Shown piece after piece: positions 28,581 to 38,599 of a stretch of DNA of 64,000 bases. Position 1 is the first letter of the stretch; each line of letters opens with the position of its first letter. The notes under the pieces are model-generated. The model was given only the letters and a program-made list of their open reading frames with translations. It did not search any database and had not been told where the DNA came from. Origin of the DNA: a virus (taxonomy: Duplodnaviria; Caudoviricetes); IMG/VR virus record IMGVR_UViG_3300015050_000842, positions 1 to 64,000 of that record, one strand, 5' to 3'. Position numbers and translations under genes: made by a program.

Positions 28581-29485
28581 TATCTTTCCTCCTTCGCTTG
28601 TACTTGACTAAATTGTTGTAGCATAGTATCACGGTTGTTCATAGCCAAATCTTGCAGGACATAATAAACTAACTCGTCAACTTCGTCATCGCTAAATTGT
28701 GTTTGAACCGAAGTAACTGAATTATAAACAGGTCTACTACCACTTACTTGTGATACGGTTATTGTAAATCCACTTCCTGTTCCACCGATATTTACTGCAC
28801 TTGCAGATAATACATCGCCTACAACATACCCATTCCCTGCGGTTGTCACCGTTACACTCGTTACGTTACCTCCTGAAACGACAATAGTTGCTTTTGCCCC
28901 TGTTCCTGTCCCACCTGTAAGTGTTACTCCTGTATATGTTCCTGTGGTATATAATGTTCCGTTTACAAGCGTATTTAAAGCCGTGATTCCATTTAAAGTA
29001 TAGCCATAGACACTTGTTCTCGGCTTCTTTAAATAAACCAACGTAGCGGTTGCTAATGTGATTGGATAGAACTGTAAGAATGTTGAATACTGTGTGTATA
29101 TCGGAAACTCTAAACTCGGTGCTTCGATAACACTTGATAAATGATTCGCTAATCTGTCTTTCTCTACACGCATTATTTCGTATTGGATTCCGCTTATCGT
29201 GTGTGTAAGGCTATCTACGTGAAATAAATCTGTCGGAAATGTATATTGTCCTGCTGTTGCACCGCTTGTTGGAATACCTGTAATTGCCGTAGCGTCACTC
29301 ATAAATGGAGATAACGCATCTGAAATTCGTTGGCTCTTATAGTAGTCGTTGTAAAGTCGGTTGAATAGTTTTACTTCGGCTCTTGGAAACAATAAGTTGA
29401 AATCAACAGGGCTGAATACTCCATTAAATCCGCTTTTAGTAGCCTTATACTTAATTAAATTGAAGATTTCAGATATTGTTGCCAT
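28580..29485 (-). CDS. Head-tail adaptor/ring protein with an inserted Gly/Thr-rich beta domain
   Basis: GFNGVFSP.DFN..F..AE...YLKKP...YGY...VY..S.Q.......DELVY..L core; insert of about 85 aa between YGYT and RPVY. Confidence 0.65.
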   Translation of the reverse strand: MATISEIFNLIKYKATKSGFNGVFSPVDFNLLFPRAEVKLFNRLYNDYYKSQRISDALSPFMSDATAITGIPTSGATAGQYTFPTDLFHVDSLTHTISGIQYEIMRVEKDRLANHLSSVIEAPSLEFPIYTQYSTFLQFYPITLATATLVYLKKPRTSVYGYTLNGITALNTLVNGTLYTTGTYTGVTLTGGTGTGAKATIVVSGGNVTSVTVTTAGNGYVVGDVLSASAVNIGGTGSGFTITVSQVSGSRPVYNSVTSVQTQFSDDEVDELVYYVLQDLAMNNRDTMLQQFSQVQAKEER

Positions 29486-29501
29486 TCCAAATTACTTTAA
29501 A

Positions 29502-29509
29502 CAAATATA
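29502..29509 (-). promoter_or_regulatory. Bacteroidota -7 promoter TATATTTG
   Basis: Exact TAnnTTTG 16 nt upstream of the ATG at 29485. Confidence 0.6.
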
Positions 29510-29537
29510 ATGCTATTTATAAAGGGTTTTTTAACAC

Positions 29538-29566
29538 AAAAAGCCGTCACCCGAAGATGAACGGCT
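29538..29566 (-). terminator. Rho-independent terminator
   Basis: AGCCGTTCATC-TTCG-GGTGACGGCT followed by a T-tract (UUCG loop). Confidence 0.85.
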
Positions 29567-29594
29567 TTCCGACCTTAACACATTATGGAAGAGT

Positions 29595-30527
29595 TTAAGA
29601 TAAAACCTTCTTTAGTTGTGTATATAACAATGACGCTTCTTGGTCATTAGCCATTACTAAGGTCGCTACCTGTTCGGCAATATCGCTATCCTTGTTTACA
29701 GAGAATAATGCCCTGCCTGTTTCTACCATTGTCAATGTACCTGTATGCCCTGAAATGATATTCATGTTCAACGCTTTGGTAATTACGTACTTGATATTGG
29801 TTTTAGGGCTTACAAAGTTTGCTAAGAACGCATCAGGAAGTTGTCTTGCTTTTAAGATAACCTCTTTCTTGATGAAATCACCTCTCTTTTCAGGCTTGTC
29901 TACGTTAATACCAAATAACAATGCAATCGGTAACAACTCGTTAATACTTGCGTTACGTGCTGCGGATTCCGCTTCAAATGCTTTGTCGTTAATCTCCGTA
30001 GCTTTAACTAAGGTTTCACCCTCTTTTATTAACCTGAATTTGTGGTTAGTTGGGAATAGTGGAGTTTTTTGGTCTTCGCATAAGTCCTGAATCAACAACG
30101 CCTGAATCTTGGCTTTCTCTGTTCCACGAACAAATAAGTTACCTTCCTCAAAGATAATGTCGTTACGTTGGTCACGAATCTGTGCATCCGTAGGTTCAGG
30201 ATTTAACTGCTCGTCAACCCAAATAGAGGGATAACCGTACAAATATCTCCATCTACGCATTTCTCCATCATGTAATGCCACTCCCTCGTTAGGGCATAGG
30301 TAGTATGGAGGATAAAGACTGTCTACCCTGCTTCCTGTCTTGCTGTCGATAGGCTTTAGCTTCTCATACGTTTGTGTGAGTTGGAAATGATAAACCTTTT
30401 GAGGGTCAATCTTAAATCCACTTGATTTTACTTGCGGTGCTTCTAATACCATAGTTTCTGAATCTTGTTCCGTTTCTTCTCTTTTTCTGCCGAAGTTCGG
30501 ATTACCTTTTCTTTTTACTTCTTCCAT
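29595..30527 (-). CDS. Conserved crAss-like protein downstream of the capsid gene (start probably MEEVKRKG at 30527)
   Basis: Long ORF directly after the MCP; the track start lies inside the terminator. Confidence 0.6.
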   Translation of the reverse strand: MEEVKRKGNPNFGRKREETEQDSETMVLEAPQVKSSGFKIDPQKVYHFQLTQTYEKLKPIDSKTGSRVDSLYPPYYLCPNEGVALHDGEMRRWRYLYGYPSIWVDEQLNPEPTDAQIRDQRNDIIFEEGNLFVRGTEKAKIQALLIQDLCEDQKTPLFPTNHKFRLIKEGETLVKATEINDKAFEAESAARNASINELLPIALLFGINVDKPEKRGDFIKKEVILKARQLPDAFLANFVSPKTNIKYVITKALNMNIISGHTGTLTMVETGRALFSVNKDSDIAEQVATLVMANDQEASLLYTQLKKVLS

Positions 30528-30548
30528 AATGATTTGTTTGTTTATAAT

Positions 30549-30586
30549 AAAAACCCTCTGCCACCATAAAGATAGCAAAGGGTTTT
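30549..30586 (-). terminator. Rho-independent terminator after the major capsid gene
   Basis: AAAACCCTTTGCTA...TGGCAGAGGGTTTTT stem plus T-tract. Confidence 0.8.
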
Positions 30587-30601
30587 CGGTTTAGTTTTGA
30601 C

Positions 30602-31960
30602 TTATTGTCCTTTCATAATCATGTACTGACTTGCTCCATACACCTTACTTCCGAAGTAACCGATAGTAGTGTAAACACTTTCTGCGGTTGTTGAAGTCGG
30701 AGTTGAAGCGAACAATCCTGTATTTGCAGTATGCCACTTCATTCCACCACCTGCGGGATTCTGATAAGTAACACAGAAACGTGGTACAGTAACAGTCTGA
30801 CCGTTAGCATCCATAGCTGATGTTTTCCCAACAGGAATCATTAGCATGAAGTTGTTGCGTAGTCCGTTACCTGATGAACCGTACATCTGTGACTCGTCAA
30901 ACAGTTGGTAGTTGGTCAGGTTGTACTTACGACCATAAACGCTTACTGATTGGAAGTTCAGGCTTAAATCAATTCCGTTGCGGTTTACACCGTTTTCGTA
31001 GATGATAGCACCGTTGTTCACAGTATTGAAGAAAGCGTTCTGCATATTGATATACGAAGTCTTATCAGCAAGAATATCATACTCCTTTGGTGCGCCTACT
31101 GCTGACAAAGCACGTTCTTGCGCTGCCAATGTAGTCTGAATACCCCAATTAGTAAATGTTCCGTTGATACCGTTTGCTTCAACCTGCTTAATAACACCGT
31201 TTGAACCTGACTCGCTGTAACCTAAGTTATCAGTTTGAGTAGACTCCATAATCAGGTACTCTCTCTCCAAAAGTAAAGACATATCATCGTCACGCTTCTG
31301 CTTGTAAGTGAAGTAGTGCTGACCATCAATAGCAAACTCGATTCTTTCTGCCAATGCAAGGTCAGTTAATGTACTGTCCTTTCTTAACTCGGTGTTGTAG
31401 TTTGAGTAACGGTCAATATTACGGATGATAGTTTCTGTTTTAGTAGAACCCTCGCCTAAGTACTTCTGTCCTCTGTTTAACAATTGGTCGCCCGCAAGTA
31501 CAGATACGTTGTCTGCTGAATTTACAGGAGTTAATACAAATGTGTGAGCATAAGGAGTAGCCTTATTAGGCGCACTTACTCTACCCTCAACGCCTGTACG
31601 TGAGTTGTAAAATATAAGTCCTGCGGTTGGTAAAGACTCTGTTCCTGAAAGTGAGTAACTTCCTGTTCCAACAGTAATTGTAGCTGCTGCACCTGCCGAA
31701 ACCGATACTGCACCTGCTGCTGATACAAAGCCCATGTAACGACCATGTGACTCATACCATCTTACTTCTTTGTTGTCTGACTTCTCAATGTTACCTGCCA
31801 ACTCGTTGACCATAACATAAGGTACATAATTGTATTTCTCAATGAACTTGCTCATTGCGATTACGTTCACAATATTAAGCCCTGATGTCAAGAGTCCTGC
31901 TCTCGATACGGAGGCTTCTGCATATTGGGCTGGCGTGGTATTTGGTTGTGTAATTGCCAT
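30602..31960 (-). CDS. Major capsid protein (crAss-like HK97 fold)
   Basis: 452 aa after the scaffold; VRWYESHGR resembles crAss-like W.EQGR; followed by a strong terminator. Confidence 0.85.
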   Translation of the reverse strand: MAITQPNTTPAQYAEASVSRAGLLTSGLNIVNVIAMSKFIEKYNYVPYVMVNELAGNIEKSDNKEVRWYESHGRYMGFVSAAGAVSVSAGAAATITVGTGSYSLSGTESLPTAGLIFYNSRTGVEGRVSAPNKATPYAHTFVLTPVNSADNVSVLAGDQLLNRGQKYLGEGSTKTETIIRNIDRYSNYNTELRKDSTLTDLALAERIEFAIDGQHYFTYKQKRDDDMSLLLEREYLIMESTQTDNLGYSESGSNGVIKQVEANGINGTFTNWGIQTTLAAQERALSAVGAPKEYDILADKTSYINMQNAFFNTVNNGAIIYENGVNRNGIDLSLNFQSVSVYGRKYNLTNYQLFDESQMYGSSGNGLRNNFMLMIPVGKTSAMDANGQTVTVPRFCVTYQNPAGGGMKWHTANTGLFASTPTSTTAESVYTTIGYFGSKVYGASQYMIMKGQ

Positions 31961-31992
31961 TAGTTTTTTAGTTTAAAATTTAGATATTTTTG

Positions 31993-33045
31993 TTAATAAC
32001 CCCATACAGCCGTTGCAGGGTCTACTTTCTGAATATCAGGAGAAACACCGTTACGTGAAAGGTCGATATTCTTAATATTAGAAACGACTTCTTTCGTTGT
32101 GGCATTTTTGGTTTTTGTGGCAATAGAACTCGTAATCTTATCCAAGTTTTTGAACCAATAGACATCCTTCGCTATGTTCTTAACATTGGCATTACCTTCT
32201 TTGTCAAACCATCCTCTTTCAGTTAGATAAGTAACGGCATCAAATGACTTCATTTCGTTTGTAAGTTCTGCTCTCTCACTATCAGGTATTGCGTATTTGA
32301 CTTCCTCGCCATTTACTTTTAATGATAGTTCGGTTAGTTCAGGCATTACAGACTCCACATTGTCCTCCCATTGCTTTGTAATCTCGGCAATCTGTTCGGG
32401 TGTAAGTTCATTCTGTGCAGGTACTTGACCTTCTATTTTTGGTAACTGTATGTTCTTTTTTTGTTCCTCTAAGGAAATCCTGAAATCCCTTGCATCTCTT
32501 GCAAGTAAAATCTCTCTTTCCTCAATCTTATTATTGTACTCTAACGCTTTCTCGTATTCTTCGGGATAAACGTCAGCATCAATCTCACTTAGGTCTTTCT
32601 TCTTACCGAAAGTGCCGTACTTTGACTTTAACTCCAACTCAATATCTTTGTCTGTCCATTTAGGGTTTGATTTTGCCAATCCCTCTTTTACCACATCGTA
32701 GTCAGACAATACATTGTAGTCCTTTCTTTTCTCTGATAGAAAGTTATAAAGACTTTCCTCATCCCCTTTTTGAAACGCTTCAAACAATGCCTTTGCATCG
32801 TCACTCTCAAATTCAGGGTACTTCTCAATTATCTTCTCAACAACCCTTTCAGTAACCTCAACTTTCGGTTCTTCTGTTTGCGATTCTACTTGTGTTTCTA
32901 CTTCTGCTACAACCTCTGTCGGTGTTTCGGCAATAGGTTCGGCAGTTTCAATCGGTGTTTCTACAACTTGTGTAGGCTCTTGTACCATCGTATCTGAAAC
33001 CTCGTCAGACCACACATGGTTATTATCATTAATATTTTCTTCCAT
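31993..33045 (-). CDS. Capsid scaffolding/assembly protein
   Basis: Very acidic N-terminus and helical body, between portal and MCP; ATG at 33045. Confidence 0.7.
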   Translation of the reverse strand: MEENINDNNHVWSDEVSDTMVQEPTQVVETPIETAEPIAETPTEVVAEVETQVESQTEEPKVEVTERVVEKIIEKYPEFESDDAKALFEAFQKGDEESLYNFLSEKRKDYNVLSDYDVVKEGLAKSNPKWTDKDIELELKSKYGTFGKKKDLSEIDADVYPEEYEKALEYNNKIEEREILLARDARDFRISLEEQKKNIQLPKIEGQVPAQNELTPEQIAEITKQWEDNVESVMPELTELSLKVNGEEVKYAIPDSERAELTNEMKSFDAVTYLTERGWFDKEGNANVKNIAKDVYWFKNLDKITSSIATKTKNATTKEVVSNIKNIDLSRNGVSPDIQKVDPATAVWGY

Positions 33046-33050
33046 ATACA

Positions 33051-33058
33051 CAAAGGTA
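33051..33058 (-). promoter_or_regulatory. -7 promoter TACCTTTG, near-leaderless
   Basis: Exact TAnnTTTG ending 5 nt before the ATG at 33045. Confidence 0.6.
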
Positions 33059-33086
33059 TAGTGTTGTTTTTAATGTTTTTTTATCT

Positions 33087-35543
33087 CTATTGTGGCATCA
33101 TTTCTTCCTGTGGTATCATGCCTTGTTCTTCCATAGCCATCTGCTCCTGCATCATCTGTTCCTGTTGCATGGCTTCTTGTTCTTCTTGCATGGCTACGTT
33201 TTGCATCTGTTGGTCTAATAAAGCCCCTGATAAAGCGTTTGTTTGATTAATACCCTCCAATGCCCATGCAGGGATTTGCTCTATACTACCGCCCTCTTTA
33301 TTCAGTATAGACTTAATTACTTCTACTTTGGCTATTTGAGTGAACTTAATAGACTCACTTGATTTCAATGCCTCTATCTCGTCTAATCGTGCTTGTGCTT
33401 GTAGTTGCGATTTAAGCTGTTCCAATTTCATCTCACCGTTGGATTTTGCTTCCGCAGCAGCGACAGCAGCTTTAGTATTTTCTTGTGAATTAACCAACGC
33501 TTCCTCCATCTTTGCCTTCCTGCGTTTCTTTTCTCTCGATGCTAAAAGGTAACTTGCATACTTAATGTTGGACTTGGCAATTAATCTTACGTCTATTGCA
33601 TCTTGTAACGTGATAGTATCATTTGCTAAACATACCTGAATGTTCTGCTCCAACATCTGTGCTTCCTTATCGTCAATAACCGCTTCAATCTTTACATCGA
33701 ACTGTGCTTTCTCAAAGTCGTCTGTTGCCTCTACTCGGATATATTCAACTCTGTCGCTTCCTAATGCTTGTCTGTAACCATCGTAGTACGTGATACCGTC
33801 TTTCTTTCCGTAAACTAATATATCCCACAATCTCATCTGAACAATCTTAGCCGTTCTCTTAAACATATTCAGGTAGGCGTTGTAGATGTAGTTGGATGCA
33901 CTCTCACCAATTTGTCTTGCGTCTTGTAGGACTTGTTTACCTACCGCTTGATTGCTTAACTCACCCTCTGCTAAGTTGTTTGTACCTACAATTCGCATCA
34001 ACTTGTCGTACTCTGCGTTCCAAACTCCCATTAACTGATTTAGTTTATCGCTAAACGGTACATTCTTTGGTTGGATTGGTGCTTGTCTTTGTCCCTCTCC
34101 GTCATCTTCTTTCCTTTTATAATACTGAATACCTGTTTGCTTGTAGATTCTGTAAATATCAAACGGAGATAGGTTTTTAAGGTCTTGCCCTAATGTAATG
34201 TCGGACATTGTGGAAATATCAACCTCAAATCCATCGGGGGCTGCTGCTGCGATTATCTTTTGTTGCTGTAAAGCCACCAATTGCATAATCTTAATACTCG
34301 GTATCATGGTTTCAATCATCGGCTTGTTCACCATGTTATGATTGTTATACATATACACCACGTATGGCAACTTAATCTCGGTCAGGTTTTCTTGTGGCTT
34401 AATCATGTTCTTAGCTAAACCCCACTCTAACACATAAGAAGTATCTACAATGTACCTACCGAAATACTCTACGTAATACGGTTTGCTTTTCTTGTACTTA
34501 ACTCCTTCTTCTTCTTGTGAAAACCACTCTACCTTAGTTAGTTTCTCTGTTCCGAACCTGTCTTCCCAAACCTTATACTTTAGTCCGTACAAGGTCTTTA
34601 ATGAACACTCAACAACCGTAACAGTAAACGAGTCGTAAGGTCTTGCTAAAGCAAACTCCCACATCGGATTCCAGTCCCAACTCCATTCATTCGCATTGCC
34701 GTTCACCCCTTTTTGGCTACGTGCCAACTCAAATAGCTTTTGCTCTGATATTTTATTAGGGTATTGTAGTCTAATATCCATAATACTCATTTGAGTACAC
34801 CTACCCATATATTGAGCATCTTCTAAATCGTCACGATTCGCATAGCCACTAATAATGTTTTCAGGTTTTTCAAATGGAGTCTTAATGCGACCATTCGGGT
34901 CTATGTACGGACATATCATGGATATACCGCAATTAATTAAGTCTGTAAGGATTCGGTCTTTAATTACGTCAGACCAACTGTTATCGTAGAAAACAAGGTC
35001 AATGCCTTGTTCCATAATCACTTCTTCTCTTTCTTTGTAGTTGAATCCAAACTCAATGTCGATTTCTGCTTCGCTTTCAGGGTCATCCTCATTAAATTCT
35101 TCTAACTGTACTCCTGACTCTTGTTGGAGTTGCATGATTTGCTCTTTATTCTTTAACTTGAACAAGGCATCTGCTTTGGCTTTTTCTTTCTTGCTTTGTG
35201 AGAGTGGGTCTACTGCATTACATTGTATCTTTTCAATTCGTTGCAGGTATCTGTCCTTTAATCGGTTGATGAAAGGTATTGCTATCGGTAGTGGGTCGTA
35301 TGCTAAATTAACAACAGACATTTCACCATCTAAGTCCAATATATCCTTGAACTCGGTCATATCCTGCATCCCGAAAGCATAGGAACGGTTGTATTCAAAC
35401 CTGCGCTTCCTATCTCCTGCACTTTCAGCCGAACCTACTCTCCATCTTTCGTATATCGAGGTTAAAAACCTTAATCCGTATGCTTCACTATTTTTATCTG
35501 TATCTGATGCAAGAGGATTTGGTAATGTAGAAGATACTGCCAT
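33087..35543 (-). CDS. Portal protein
   Basis: 818 aa; NLAYDPLPIAIPF resembles the crAss-like portal NLDW.P.PI.PKF; Q/M/E-rich tail; after TerL. Confidence 0.88.
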   Translation of the reverse strand: MAVSSTLPNPLASDTDKNSEAYGLRFLTSIYERWRVGSAESAGDRKRRFEYNRSYAFGMQDMTEFKDILDLDGEMSVVNLAYDPLPIAIPFINRLKDRYLQRIEKIQCNAVDPLSQSKKEKAKADALFKLKNKEQIMQLQQESGVQLEEFNEDDPESEAEIDIEFGFNYKEREEVIMEQGIDLVFYDNSWSDVIKDRILTDLINCGISMICPYIDPNGRIKTPFEKPENIISGYANRDDLEDAQYMGRCTQMSIMDIRLQYPNKISEQKLFELARSQKGVNGNANEWSWDWNPMWEFALARPYDSFTVTVVECSLKTLYGLKYKVWEDRFGTEKLTKVEWFSQEEEGVKYKKSKPYYVEYFGRYIVDTSYVLEWGLAKNMIKPQENLTEIKLPYVVYMYNNHNMVNKPMIETMIPSIKIMQLVALQQQKIIAAAAPDGFEVDISTMSDITLGQDLKNLSPFDIYRIYKQTGIQYYKRKEDDGEGQRQAPIQPKNVPFSDKLNQLMGVWNAEYDKLMRIVGTNNLAEGELSNQAVGKQVLQDARQIGESASNYIYNAYLNMFKRTAKIVQMRLWDILVYGKKDGITYYDGYRQALGSDRVEYIRVEATDDFEKAQFDVKIEAVIDDKEAQMLEQNIQVCLANDTITLQDAIDVRLIAKSNIKYASYLLASREKKRRKAKMEEALVNSQENTKAAVAAAEAKSNGEMKLEQLKSQLQAQARLDEIEALKSSESIKFTQIAKVEVIKSILNKEGGSIEQIPAWALEGINQTNALSGALLDQQMQNVAMQEEQEAMQQEQMMQEQMAMEEQGMIPQEEMMPQ

Positions 35544-35562
35544 AGTTCTTTATTTGTTCATA

Positions 35563-35570
35563 CAAAGTTA
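35563..35570 (-). promoter_or_regulatory. -7 promoter TAACTTTG of the portal operon
   Basis: Exact TAnnTTTG 19 nt upstream of the portal ATG. Confidence 0.6.
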
Positions 35571-35596
35571 TAGTAATAAATACTACTTTTTTTAAC

Positions 35597-35703
35597 TATA
35601 TTTGCTTTGTAATAAATAGATGCCGACACATCTAATGTAAAATATTTTACCCATTTAGGGGGAGGCTGTCGGGCTGAACCCAAAATGGGTTTTTTATTTT
35701 AAT
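35597..35703 (+). promoter_or_regulatory. Promoter plus structured leader (copy 1) of an HNH gene
   Basis: TATATTTG 35597-35604; CCGACA (35623-28) pairs with TGTCGG (35667-72); ACCCATTT (35649-56) pairs with AAATGGGT (35683-90); then a T-tract and ATG. Confidence 0.6.
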
Positions 35704-36405
35704 ATGGTAAAATTATGTAAGGAATGTGGTGAATTAAAACCACACGAATTATTCTATAAAAATCGTACAATGAGTGACGGTCTAACCTATGACTGTAAAT
35801 CATGTAGATTAATAACAAAGAGAAAAAAGATAGCTGAAAACACAAAAGAAGTAATAGATATTGACGGAGAAATTTGGAAAGACGTAGTTGGTTTTGAAGG
35901 TTTTTGCATGGTAAGTAATATTGGCAGAGTAAAGTCATTAGATAGGTATTATGACTCAAAACGTGGTTGCACAAGAAAGGTTAGTTCCCACCTATATGGA
36001 ATTAGAGTAGAAAAAGGATATGATAGGGTTGGTATATGTGATGAATTTGGGCAGAAATCTTATGCAGTACACAGATTAGTCGCAGAAGCGTTTATACCAA
36101 ATCCTGATAATAAACCACACGTAAATCATATAAATTCAATTAGAAATGATAATAGGGTTGAAAATTTGGAGTGGGTTAATCATAGTGAAAACGTAACTCA
36201 CGGTCTTGTATCGAAGTCATCTAAAACATCTATTTATTCGGGAGTTAGCTTCATCTCAAAGGAGAAAAAATGGAAAGCGTCTATAACTATCAATAAAAAA
36301 CAGGTTTACTTAGGAATATTTGGTTCTGAAACTGATGCAGCGTTAGCATATAAACAGTCGTTTATTAAGAATGGATTGGTAAATAGATATGTTGTATTGA
36401 TTTAA
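35704..36405 (+). CDS. NUMOD4-HNH-AP2 homing endonuclease, antisense between terL and portal
   Basis: CxxC Zn knuckle; EIWKDVVGFEG..VSNIGRVKS; HRLVAEAFIPNP...VNH...DNRVENLEW; AP2-like YSGV...WKASI...YLG.F. Confidence 0.92.
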   Translation: MVKLCKECGELKPHELFYKNRTMSDGLTYDCKSCRLITKRKKIAENTKEVIDIDGEIWKDVVGFEGFCMVSNIGRVKSLDRYYDSKRGCTRKVSSHLYGIRVEKGYDRVGICDEFGQKSYAVHRLVAEAFIPNPDNKPHVNHINSIRNDNRVENLEWVNHSENVTHGLVSKSSKTSIYSGVSFISKEKKWKASITINKKQVYLGIFGSETDAALAYKQSFIKNGLVNRYVVLI

Positions 36406-36412
36406 CAGTTTT

Positions 36413-38599
36413 TCAATAGTAAGTTTTGGACTTTCTTACCTGCATGAAATTCATAATCTTTGGCTCGACAACCTTTTTTCTAAAGTCTGATTTCAAACCC
36501 ATTAACGAATAACCCCATGCCATTGCTGCATCGTAGTCATTTCTATCATTGATATTAAAGCCTAACATATCCTTCAATAACCGCAAAAACTTAATCTTGT
36601 GCATATTATTTAACGCATACTCCACCATTTCTGTTAGGTGCTGTTCCCTTGCTTCTTTATCTTGTGGGGCGCAACCGTACACTTCTGAATTGTTTGCACG
36701 TTTGGTAGGAATTAAGTACCCGTGTAGCTTTGGTGCGGTTTCAGGACTTGCAAGACGATTGTTTTGGTGCATGGCGTGGTCTATCCAATCGGTAGGGGCA
36801 CGTTCACCAAGCATTCTAACTCCGTAGTATTCTAATCCCCAATATACCTGATTGAAAAACTCTTGCTTGGTTTCAGGTCTGCCTAAGAACATAGCACATG
36901 GATAGTCTGAATTTTCAGGGTCTAAACTGTCGTACCTCTTATGAATAATACAACAAGCATCCGAACCCTTGTCTACTGTTTGTCGTGAGTTGGCAAAAGG
37001 GTCAAGCCCTGCGCTTCCAAAAGCTGTATTGTCGGGACATTTAATACTTCCTTGATAAACAGACTTGTTGTGGTTCTCAACAAATTCAAGTATGTACCAC
37101 ATTCCCGAATTGCTGTCCTCGAAGTAAACCTCTCCGTTATCTCTTTTCTTAAATCTGCCTCGTCTGCCATTCTCTGTTAGTCCTGTTCCCTCTAACGAAG
37201 TTTCAATACGTTCTATCTGGTTGGTTAAGTCCTCTAAATTAAAGTGGCATAGGTTGTTTACGCCTCTAAATACCTCTATCCACTCGAAAGGAAACTGTCT
37301 TATTTCCTCCGATAATAGTTCGGGGTCATTTGCTAATATGTTACGTTGTTCTTGCAGATAGTCCTTTGCACCTATTCGTGGATTAGGACACGCTTTCTTG
37401 CCTGTTGTTGGGTCACGAACTTCTTCTAAGTATGCTATTTGTTCGGGAGTTGGATTCTCAATGACAGAGTTCCCATACTTGTCAATATAACCGTAATATC
37501 CTCTATACCCCTCTAAGAAAAATCGTTTTAGACGTGACGGGGTTTGACCAATACTGCTTAGTTTTCCTTGCTGATTAGAGGATAGCCAAATCTTTTTAAA
37601 GTTGTCACCTCCTGCATCACCCTTGTTTACGCTACTAAATAGTGATACGTGACCAATTACTGATGCACCGACCACTAAAGTCTTGCTAATCTTTGAAAAA
37701 CATAGCTGAACATCTGCCTCCTGCCATTTTGCTCCCTCGTCAATGGTTATTTTTCTTGCCCTACGACCATCGTATGCGTTCTCTGCCGTTGGCAACCAAT
37801 TCACACGATTGTTCTTGCCCTTATCGTTTGATACTGTTCTGTTATTGGCAGATATTCTTGCTTTTGGTTTAGCGATATGAAACTCTGTTTCGGCTACCTT
37901 TGCTAATTCAGGAACAAGAAATTCGGGTAACTTCTCCAATCCGTTCTTAACCATCAAGTACATTTCCTTAGCATCCGTACCCGTCTTAGATACAATACCC
38001 TGTAAGGTATTTTCCTCTATTATTGCGATTAAAAGGCTTATAGATGCCGACATTGACGACAAACCAACCCTTCGACCTTTTATTCCACAGTCACCTAACG
38101 TGAAGTCGTCATCCTCACATAGCTTGTAGAATATAAAGTATTCAAGTGAAGTGTCTTTGTAGATAGGGTATATGCCCTCTTGGAGCATAAAATATTGATG
38201 GAAAAAATAACAATACTTATTGAAATAGGTCGGAACTCCGTTTATGAATACCCAATCTCCATTATGTAGCTTGTAAATTTCTTGAATGAACCACTCCATT
38301 TGACCACGTTGCGGTGCTTGATGCCAAAGAGTGCCTAATTTTGGGTCGGTATTCCAATCCCATTGTTCGTATGTAGTATCTCTGTACCAAACTTGGTCGT
38401 GTTTCGGTAAGTGGTGTCCTCTGATTTTATGGAACGGAGGTATTGGTGGTGTTTCGTATAAAACGTGCTGAACGTATGATTTGATAGTATTCCCTATCTT
38501 CCACTTTTTTTCTTGTGTGACAGGTGGCACGTATTCTATGCCTAATGCTAATGCCTCTGCTCTTGCTCTTTTCTCTCTTTTCTTAGGGTTACCTGCCAT
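36413..38599 (-). CDS. terL: Terminase large subunit
   Basis: KGRRVGLSS Walker A, AYDG..ITIDE Walker B, AGLDPF and DYDAAMA nuclease acidic motifs. Confidence 0.92.
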   Translation of the reverse strand: MAGNPKKREKRARAEALALGIEYVPPVTQEKKWKIGNTIKSYVQHVLYETPPIPPFHKIRGHHLPKHDQVWYRDTTYEQWDWNTDPKLGTLWHQAPQRGQMEWFIQEIYKLHNGDWVFINGVPTYFNKYCYFFHQYFMLQEGIYPIYKDTSLEYFIFYKLCEDDDFTLGDCGIKGRRVGLSSMSASISLLIAIIEENTLQGIVSKTGTDAKEMYLMVKNGLEKLPEFLVPELAKVAETEFHIAKPKARISANNRTVSNDKGKNNRVNWLPTAENAYDGRRARKITIDEGAKWQEADVQLCFSKISKTLVVGASVIGHVSLFSSVNKGDAGGDNFKKIWLSSNQQGKLSSIGQTPSRLKRFFLEGYRGYYGYIDKYGNSVIENPTPEQIAYLEEVRDPTTGKKACPNPRIGAKDYLQEQRNILANDPELLSEEIRQFPFEWIEVFRGVNNLCHFNLEDLTNQIERIETSLEGTGLTENGRRGRFKKRDNGEVYFEDSNSGMWYILEFVENHNKSVYQGSIKCPDNTAFGSAGLDPFANSRQTVDKGSDACCIIHKRYDSLDPENSDYPCAMFLGRPETKQEFFNQVYWGLEYYGVRMLGERAPTDWIDHAMHQNNRLASPETAPKLHGYLIPTKRANNSEVYGCAPQDKEAREQHLTEMVEYALNNMHKIKFLRLLKDMLGFNINDRNDYDAAMAWGYSLMGLKSDFRKKVVEPKIMNFMQVRKSKTYY

